IMG/VR virus record: IMGVR_UViG_3300013426_000017
Span: 96,001 to 160,000 of that record
Length of the DNA stretch: 64,000 nt
From: a virus
Taxonomy: Duplodnaviria > Caudoviricetes
Direction: 5' to 3' (one strand)
Below, piece by piece: positions 55,503 to 64,000 of this stretch (position 1 is the stretch's first letter; every line of letters begins with the position of its first letter). The position numbers and the translations under genes were made by a program. The notes beneath the pieces are model-generated. The model saw only the letters and a program-made list of their open reading frames with translations, did no database searches and was not told the origin of the DNA.

Positions 55503-57584
55503 TTAACTAGTTTCGGCCTATTTGTTTTCTAATGAATTAAATACGAGTGGCTACAATGTTCGACTATATGATGCAATTTTCTATAGTGGTTTTATTCGCT
55601 TTAACTCAGGACCGTCATCATCCACTTTATAATAAATATAATATTGAGTTAGTTGCGTGTTATCTTCACTGGCTTTAATATAGGCAAAACCATTTGAATC
55701 ACCCTTGCGAGCACGAATTACTGGTGCTTCGTCACTTATCAAGTCTGCTGGCACATTTATCGAAATACTGCTCAAGCTTGTATAATGTCGACCTTGATAT
55801 TCGTAATACAAAAATGCATCACCATAATCAGCGTTAGTATCAAAATTCGATGGGGAATATTTATAAACACCATCAGAATCCGCAATAAACCAATATTTCT
55901 TTGTGCCAATCCAATATACAATTGCTTTATAATCTTTTTCGGCCTTAATCGTAATATTATCTTTATAATAAACAATATCATAATAGTTATCCTATGACTT
56001 GGATGTTAGTTGATTGCCCAATGATTGCCATGTGGAAGAAGCCCAGCCAACTGGCGCCGCCACATTACTTGCACTAGGAAATACTAACTTATTTGCAAAT
56101 TGATTTTCGAATGTTAAGGGCTGCGTAGAACCAGATGAGAGGCTAAAACTATTAAAGCTCTATGGTAATAAGCCTTTATAATTATCCACAAATGAAAAAT
56201 AATTCTCATAAGTCACAAACGAATCACTTGTGATCCAATCACTACTGGCCCCAGCATAATTACTTTTAGCTAATAGTGTTGTGCCGCCAACAAACGTCTA
56301 CAATTTAATTTTATACACTGGCATCGTTACGATAGTATGCTAATCATTATCCATACTAATAATACTCTTTATCGAACTATTTGGAATCGCTACCTAACTA
56401 CCAAATTTGTCTCTGTAGTTAGAACCGGTATATAATGAATTCCAACTAATAGTTCCACCAGTATTAGTTGCTAAATCAATACTGCGATCATCTAATGCAA
56501 TTAACTAAACAGAATAAGTATTAGCTGCTGCATTAAAAAACGTAACATTGTCGGTTCCTCGACCAGACAAGCGATATGTGAAATATTTAGTACTATCACG
56601 TTCCGATTGATAAGGACCATGCAACATATGCCAAGCATCGCCTTGCTAAACATACAATAAACGCCTTTTCAGATTCTCGTCCTCTATCATTGATTTAGGC
56701 ACATCAATACTCATACCGCTGTAACCATGAGGACCTTGAAATGCATGTGTGTATCGAGTCGCGTAGTCATAAGGTGCCATTAATATTGTATCTTCCGTAG
56801 GGACAAAATGATCTAATAGTGCCCCTATTGGATACAAATCAGTATCTTTAGTAACATTTATAGTGGCGCCGGGCGCTATGCGTTCGCTATCCGGTCGTCT
56901 ATATAATTTATCACTCGGTTTAGTTGCCCAAGTTACAAAATATGCACTTTGATTTTTCCAGTGTTCTTTAAGTGTCGTGCCAGCAATCTTATAACTAGCA
57001 GGATCGATCGCTTTATAGCTACCTGGCACAACCTCCTGAGTAACCATAGGCTCTAAACCATTAAATTGCATATATCGCAACTTTAACGCTGAAGTATCAT
57101 AATCTAACCAAATTTCAGGATACCAACTAGTTGTAATAGATAACTAACACTCAATAGCATTGGGCGAATATAAACAAATATAATAGGTCTTGCCTGGTTC
57201 AACTACAGTATTAAATGTAACGTTCACAGTAGTCTCACCATCTAATTTATCTATTAGATGAGTAGCTTCTGTCAAATATTGGTTATTATTGCCTATAGTG
57301 CGCCAACCAACTGGGGTGTCATTCGAGGGCGCTGCCTCACATAAAAATCCTTTAAGACTACCAGAACCAAGCCATGTTCCTTGCAAACGTAGCCATAAAG
57401 AACGAACCTTTGTAATTCTTACCCCATTAGCACTATTAGGCACATTAAATCTAAACACACCAACAGTGTAAGCACCATTTTTATAGCCAATTGGGCTGGC
57501 GCTTGTAGAAAAACTACTCGTGCCAAACTAATGCTCATAATTAGGAACCCTACTGTGGGACCAACCAGCTTGAGTCCAACTCAT
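55503..57584 (-). CDS. Hypothetical virion protein, ~693 aa in code 15
   Basis: Continuous frame across about a dozen TAG, joining three track ORFs. Confidence 0.65.
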
Positions 57585-57598
57585 TGAACCCAACCCCC

Positions 57599-58663
57599 TT
57601 ACGAATCAACAGGGATGAAAAATATTGTCCCTGCTGGGAGAGAAGTTAAATTTTCATCATTAAGAGTTATTGCACCAGTGCTACTGTTCTTTGTATACTG
57701 GCCTTGACTCAAAATGTATGGCTTACCAGTATTTGATACCAGCGTCTAAACATGCTTATACAAAACTGCTTGATTTGACACCAGATTACCAGTAGCATTA
57801 GAAGTAATAACACCAGTAACTTCAGTATCGTTCTCAATAGTCACTTTACTATTAGATGTACTTGCAGCAGATAGAGTCAATGTAACATTACCCAAATTAT
57901 CTTTTGCCGAATTAACATTACCACCATTAGACCAAGATATTGCGCCAGTCATGGAATTACCACCATTAGACATCAAATATTCCAGGCTTAATCTGCCATC
58001 ACCGGGATCACTATCTAAATTTAAATATTTAGTAGCCCACTGCGCTTGATCGCTATTTATTGCATCCCAATCAATACCACTTAATACTTGATACAAACCA
58101 TCTTCTGGCAGCGTCTTACCACCTGCTTGTATCTTGGCTAAATTTTCTTTGTTAGATGCGAATTCAACATTCTTATTACGATTATTAGAGCCATATAATA
58201 TATTAAATACTTGGCCAACAGCCTCGCCAAATATTGGTAAATTAAAATTCAACGGAATACTATATTTACCATTAGCATCGTAGCCGCCTTCACCCAGTGA
58301 AATAGAATATTCAGAACCTCCAGCGACATCACCATTAAACACATTAGATGGATTAAAATATTCCGCGCCATAATTTTTTTCGTCGCCAATGCTAATTTGA
58401 GTTGTAGCGCCATCCAATATTGCCACGCGCTCATAGTCGTAGATACCATTTTTCATAACCTTGCGCCATGCTTCATTATGACCATCGTTTTCACCAACAG
58501 ATTCAATAAGAACATAACGGCCAAGAAATACGCCATCGCTTTGTGCTTTAGCTTGGCGCGCACTGTCAGTTGCAAAATCGCTACGAGAATATGTGCGATC
58601 ATAGAAATATAAATCACCGATACCGCCGGGGGTAATTGTATTACCATAAATACTATTCATCAA
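57599..58663 (-). CDS. Virion protein, ~354 aa, one TAG
   Basis: DGVFLGRYVLIE; ends GTIFFIPVDS-TAA after read-through. Confidence 0.7.
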
Positions 58664-59010
58664 TTAACCCCCTCATAAATTACATCTATAATTAAATAAC
58701 CAGTAGAAGGCATATTAGAATCAAAATAGGGAAGTAATGTATTCTCAATTACATCAAGTTTACCCAATGTGGCGCCGGTTGCCTCTACATCTAGCTCATA
58801 GGTTCCACTTGGCCCTATAATAATATTTGGCGCATTTACACTATTATCATTTATATTAAATTCAACGCCGGGCATTGTTTGAATACCGATACGTTTAATC
58901 GTACCACTTGGCCAATTATTGAATGTAATCTAATTATTAGCTAACGAAACACCCGAATTATTTGTATCATCGGCGCCGAAATATCTATACTATTTAAATT
59001 TCAATGCCAT
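58660..59010 (-). CDS. Small virion protein, 116 aa, 2 TAG
   Basis: GGAGG RBS; MALKFK(TAG)YRYFG...IGIQT.PG..F.IN...IIGPSG.YEL. Confidence 0.75.
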
Positions 59011-59026
59011 AACGCCTTTACCTCCT

Positions 59027-61435
59027 TTAATAAATTGTATTTACGACTTTTGTCGCAGTTATTGACATCGTTCCATTATAGGTTAATGGAACAGTTAATT
59101 TACCTACTAAATAATCTCCATTAATACCTCTATCATTATCCACAATTTCAATCTTGGTATTTACATCTAAATAATAAATTGGAATTGAGGTAATAGATAT
59201 ACTTTCTGAAATAAATGCATTATCATTTAATAATGTAGTTAATGCTTCTTTCGCGTTTTTTCCCATTGATGAGACCTTGAACATTTCTTCCATAGAGCGA
59301 TTGATTAATAGAGGAGTATAACCAGTCATTGTCTTATTATAATCTTCATCTATAAATACAAATAAAACGTTCGGAGCTTCCTCATAATATATAGATTTTA
59401 CTTTTGCATCATTAACAGCTTTTGCCCTATCCCCTAAACGTTGGATAGAGAATTTTGCCATCTCGCCTTCATCGCAAAAATCTAACCAATAGTTAATAGC
59501 AGTTGGATTATCAAATACATCAACATGCCATTTTGCAGCAGACTAATTCTATTTCTTAATCGGACAATAATAGGTCGTTTTTGACTCGTAACCCTAGTCC
59601 GCCCCTACTCGAATGTAATTAGCGCCAAGGTCTTCGGTATTTACCGTATATAATTGGTTCTTGCGCTCATTAAAATTATCAGCAGTTACTTCCGCACGTT
59701 CCATCACCCACTCATCTTCTGGGAGATAGATCTAGCGCCAAAATGCTTGCATATCTTGATAGAATGGTTCATAGCCTGTATAACCAGTAGGATAATAGTC
59801 AGGATTAGCTTGCGCCACTCGCGCCAAGAAATCATCCTCTTGATTACAATGATAATAATCTTCTGCCATTTGATAAATCAATTCACGCCAATCATAACCG
59901 TCATTACCAGCTATTTCATTACTTTTATATGTGGTGCCGCCAGGTCGTATGGACGTATAAACCTGCGGTTTCTCAGAAATGGCGAACCTATAATGAACAG
60001 GCACATTGCTACCATTCACACTTGGTCTTGTTCCCCAGACCGAATAATCATTTTTAATCTTTGTAATCTGAGGAGTGATAGACATTTGCGTAAACAATTC
60101 ACTATTCTAGTAGTTATAACTTTGTAATTGCTGCATTAGCTCGGTATTAAAAATAATGTCTGACTTTAATACGCCATTAACATTCCGTTCGGAGCGCTTT
60201 GAGGCGACCGTCGCCAGCCCTAATGCTTCAGTCTAGATTTGTGACCTTTTCTTCTAGAATATAAAATGTCCATCAAGGTCATAGAAATATTCATAGTTAC
60301 CAAATGTTTTAGTAATATTATCTAAAATGCTTGTAATAGAGGCGCCAACTACGCCTTTTAAATCGCCAGGATAAACCAATGGCGTAGCATGATAACCAAT
60401 CAAATCACCATAGGAAAATTTCATCAAGAACAATGCATCAGTATTATCAAATGGGTCAGCTACTAGACTAAATTCATTGAAATCACTACCAGCATCTAAG
60501 GTATTTAATACCAAGAATTTAAAATTTTCATTCTGGCTTAATGAGTATAATGTGGCGCCTTCCTCATTAATACGCTCGTAAGTTCCCGTAGCGTCATCCC
60601 ATTGAACAGGAAACACAACCATTTCATCATCCAGCACTAAGTTCTCAACCTCATTGGTTGATTTACGAACAAGCATATACATAGTCTTATCGCCACGATA
60701 CTCCCATAACTCAACGCCATTCTAATCAATATCTTGAATAATAATATTATGATATGGCTCATTACCGTAAACATGAACTAACTCTTTAATAATGTCGCCA
60801 ATCCAAATCTTCGTCTGAGTTGAATTCATAATCTGCTCATAATAGGTAATATCTTCAAGCCATCCGTCGCCAGACGACTCATCTAATATATAATCATCGC
60901 CAGATGCAACATAATACTCACCAGGTCGCCATGTCTCAGAATTAACCTCTATTGGTTCGTAGGAATAGCTAATTTCTTCCACCTTATCAAAATCAATTGA
61001 TAAAGCGGGGAGCGCGCCACCTACATCGCCATTCAGCAAGCACATCTTATCCTTGCCTTGTAGGTTAATAGTGTAACCATTAGTTGAGATAGATGAACTA
61101 TAACTAGTGCATACATAAATACCTTGCTTAAACCAGATTATTTGCGGCGCGCCCTGGTTCTTGTCCGTCCCAAAAAATGGATTCTCAAGGCCAACTTCAA
61201 AACTAAACTTGCTATGTATGCCCCATTGATAGGCTGATGTGTCTAATACCGAGGACACCATGCTAAATGAGCAAGAGCGCCGAACTGCCGAGGCCCCATC
61301 AACATTAATGGAGCCTGACGTGATTCGACCTTCAATCGTCTCAATGGGCGATTCATCTAAATTTAATAAAATTACCCTAGCATATACAGTATGTAACCGA
61401 TGCTTAATAACTTCATTTAAAAAATCATAATTCAA
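59027..61435 (-). CDS. Tail/baseplate hub-like protein, 802 aa in code 15
   Basis: IEGRITSGSINVDG.SAVRR.C; DKMCLLNG; YFYDLDG.FIF(TAG)KK; IKNDY.VWG; IPIYYLD.N. Confidence 0.75.
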
Positions 61436-61449
61436 ACGAATTCGCCTCC

Positions 61450-63999
61450 TTAACTATTCTCAAGAATTTTCTTCAATGTCAACTCGTACTGCGCTTTAGC
61501 AAAATCATATCGGCGCTCAAGAACAATACGCTGCGCATACCAGTTCATGTATTCTTGTGTAAAACCGTTCTCATCTACAAAGTTCTCATTATACTTCTGG
61601 TCGCGGTAGTTCAACAACTCAGTAGTGGCTTGAGTAAATGCATCTTTGGCCTCTTGCAAACTTTCATCAGCAATCATTTCTTCAGTAAGATAAATATTCT
61701 CAATCTACTCATAGCCCATTTCCATATAGACACCTGCGCCCAAATTGATTTCCTTAATCTCCTGAGTGCCATTAATCTCCAGAATCTTCTCTGATGCTAC
61801 CATAAATTGACTCGAATCACCAGACTTGTATTTAATAACTACATTTCTATAGCCAACAGGTAATTCCTCATCGGGCAAGGTGGTTGTAGAAAATTCAAAA
61901 TTACCCGTGCCTTTACGATACACATAGGATAAATCAAGTAATTGATTCTATCTCAAACCATTAGTATCAGACTTTTTAATGAGATACAACGGCAAGCGGG
62001 ATATATAAGGGAATATCAACGACGCCATGTTCGGCACATTAATGCCATAACCATTAGCAGTATTCCAAGACCGATAAATGCCAGACCTTGTGGCCGTTAC
62101 ATACTCAACCGGACGTGGTATGAATCGTAGATATTTAACCGCTGATATTGATTCTTTAATATGATTACTTGCATCGCCAGGAGTCAGTAATGGGTTAGAA
62201 ACAAAATCACCAACTACAGTTGCATGGCCCAAAACCGCTTGTGTGGGGCATTGGGTAATACCTACATCCTTAATCTAATCAAATGTCGTAGCTTGATAAG
62301 TTTTATAGGATATGGTAATTGTGCCATGGCTCGGCGCATTCTGAGTCGGCAAGCCAATAGTATTACAAGTGACTCCGTAGGGTAACTCATATTTACCTGT
62401 GGCGCCGATGGCTACGGGGCGATTATCTATTAATATATAACTATTAATATTGGCGGGGTATGCTTCTACTCTGACCGACTGGATACCGACACCCAAGTCG
62501 CCAAATAAATCAGCCTTGCCCCAATCGGCTTCTGTAAATGCATAGGATGATTGCACGAATACCGATTCTGATATATCGCTATCGCTCTCCATAATTTGGT
62601 AATTCGTCAAATTAGTATTATTACACGCTGCTACTTCATAGGCTGTGCATGTGAATGTATGTAACATACGACTTAGCTTATCTTCTGGCGACAATGAGAT
62701 ATTCATTAATCTCACAATATAATTACCTTCGGCCGGTGAGCGGAACAACTTGGGTTTGCCATTAGTCAGCCAATCAAGAACAGCAAGTTTAAATTCGCGC
62801 TCGGCCTTTATATTTTCATCCACTAAATCTGTGGCGCTGTAGCTTGGTATTTCCTCAAGCGCCGGCTGCGCCACGCCAAATTTATCATTCTCTAATCTCG
62901 ATATTAATCCTGAGATAGGGAACTCTTTATACGATACCGAGCCATTGCGGAAAATAAATGGATACTTACCGCCTATGGTATCAGTCTTACTCTCTAATAC
63001 ATCCTATTTAAACGAAGATACTTTGGGGTTGTAGCGCACTCTTAACTGGCGCTCACCGTCGCTTAGAAAGGTGTCCTCAAAATTAGCAGTAATATATTTC
63101 TCGCCATCCTCAGTAGTTGCATAGATAGGTTGAGAATATATACCAGCTTGATTAATCCTCTCCAATACATATTGATACTTAATACCATGCTCAATAGTAT
63201 TATCAATATATGGATTTGTCTCAATCAAATCAACGCCAAGATTAACTCGCTTCAGTTTTTCTTTAATGGTCTTACCATCTGCTTCATGCAAACGAGACAA
63301 AATAAATGTTCCCTGCTAGAATATTGCATCAGGTGAGCTAAAGGTCAGCGCCACACAACCATTATCTAAATCAGGCTTAATAATGAAATTGACATTTACA
63401 TCACCAAGGTCTAGATAATTATTACGAGTAATCTTATACTGAGGAGACTACAACTTCAATCCACTCATGGTCTCGACACTATACTGGACAGTATATATCT
63501 TACCTCGTTCAATTGAGATTGGATAGCTATAATTATCAATGCTGATTAATTGACCATCGGCAATTCTTGTATCAGATTCGTTATTATGCACTTGATCAAC
63601 CACTGAATCTACTATATTGCCGTTTTCGTCACATATAACAAAACTATACTTTTTAATACGCTCGGTCAAATCCGAGTTCTCATACTGGCCTACGAACTCA
63701 CCATTGCGACTAGATATTTTATAATCCAATAAATTCTATATCTTAATAGTAGGGATACCTGTATATTTAATAACCGCTGTAATCGAATAGTATCCAACTA
63801 CTGGATAGGTATCATCTACCTTAACACTCTTATAGGCTGAGCTAATAGAATCCTCAACCAGCGATATGAGATGCGACTTGATCTCTGTAAATTTCTCAAC
63901 ACTTGAACCAGCCATAATACTACATAAGTCAGTATATGATTTCACAAAGCTAGAACTTGCCTTAGATATATCCGCATCATTAGTCATATTAGCAACTTC
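61450..63999 (-). CDS. Large tail-associated protein, 5'-truncated, about 850 aa visible in code 15
   Basis: Seven track ORFs joined in frame across TAG; DTIGGKYPF, KEFPISGLIS, KPKLFRSP.EGN. Confidence 0.75.
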
Positions 64000-64000
64000 T

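Noticed and set aside
57-63336. Many 60-215-aa track ORFs antisense to or overlapping real genes (e.g. 2720-3367, 29717-30043, 59654-60127, 18111-18374)
   Set aside because: No recognisable motifs or evident RBS; they are shadows of genuine genes or intron cores.
34962-63999. Fragmented minus-strand ORFs read as pseudogenes of a decayed prophage
   Set aside because: Every break checked is an in-frame TAG with no frameshift or TAA/TGA, so recoding explains them all.
1-64000. tRNA (including an amber suppressor), rRNA or CRISPR array
   Set aside because: No cloverleaf or regularly spaced direct repeats recognised by eye; a suppressor tRNA may lie outside the window.

Overview
The window is part of a large, AT-rich dsDNA tailed-phage genome. 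The host is inferred to be Firmicutes/Clostridia from sigmaA-type promoters and strong Shine-Dalgarno sites. The key to reading it is that TAG is not a stop codon. ORF-track fragments join in frame across TAG with no intervening TAA/TGA, and the positions fit Gln (genetic code 15). Under that code, 1-31.3 kb (+) is a replication and nucleotide-metabolism arm: ligase, SSB-like protein, AAA ATPase, DnaB, primase, RecJ, RecD-like helicase, DnaE, Gmk, NrdD/G, NDT, NCS2 permease, dUTPase and RuvC. The converging 31.3-64 kb (-) arm holds an unexplained six-gene cluster, a holin-like gene, and tail/baseplate/fibre genes, including a hidden ~2,600-aa CotH-kinase-like protein. I mapped six group I introns to exact splice sites (four carry homing endonucleases, each of a different type) and two inteins. 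Most notable: TAG codons are concentrated in virion genes and nucleases; the dnaE 5' end has an ACG at the start position plus a 4-nt insertion at a TAG; a GTGGCG/GGCGCC motif is highly iterated; a group I intron sits in a non-DNA-metabolism gene; and a repeated tripartite upstream motif precedes seven genes. All translation and counting was done by eye, and family names come from motif recognition, not database searches.
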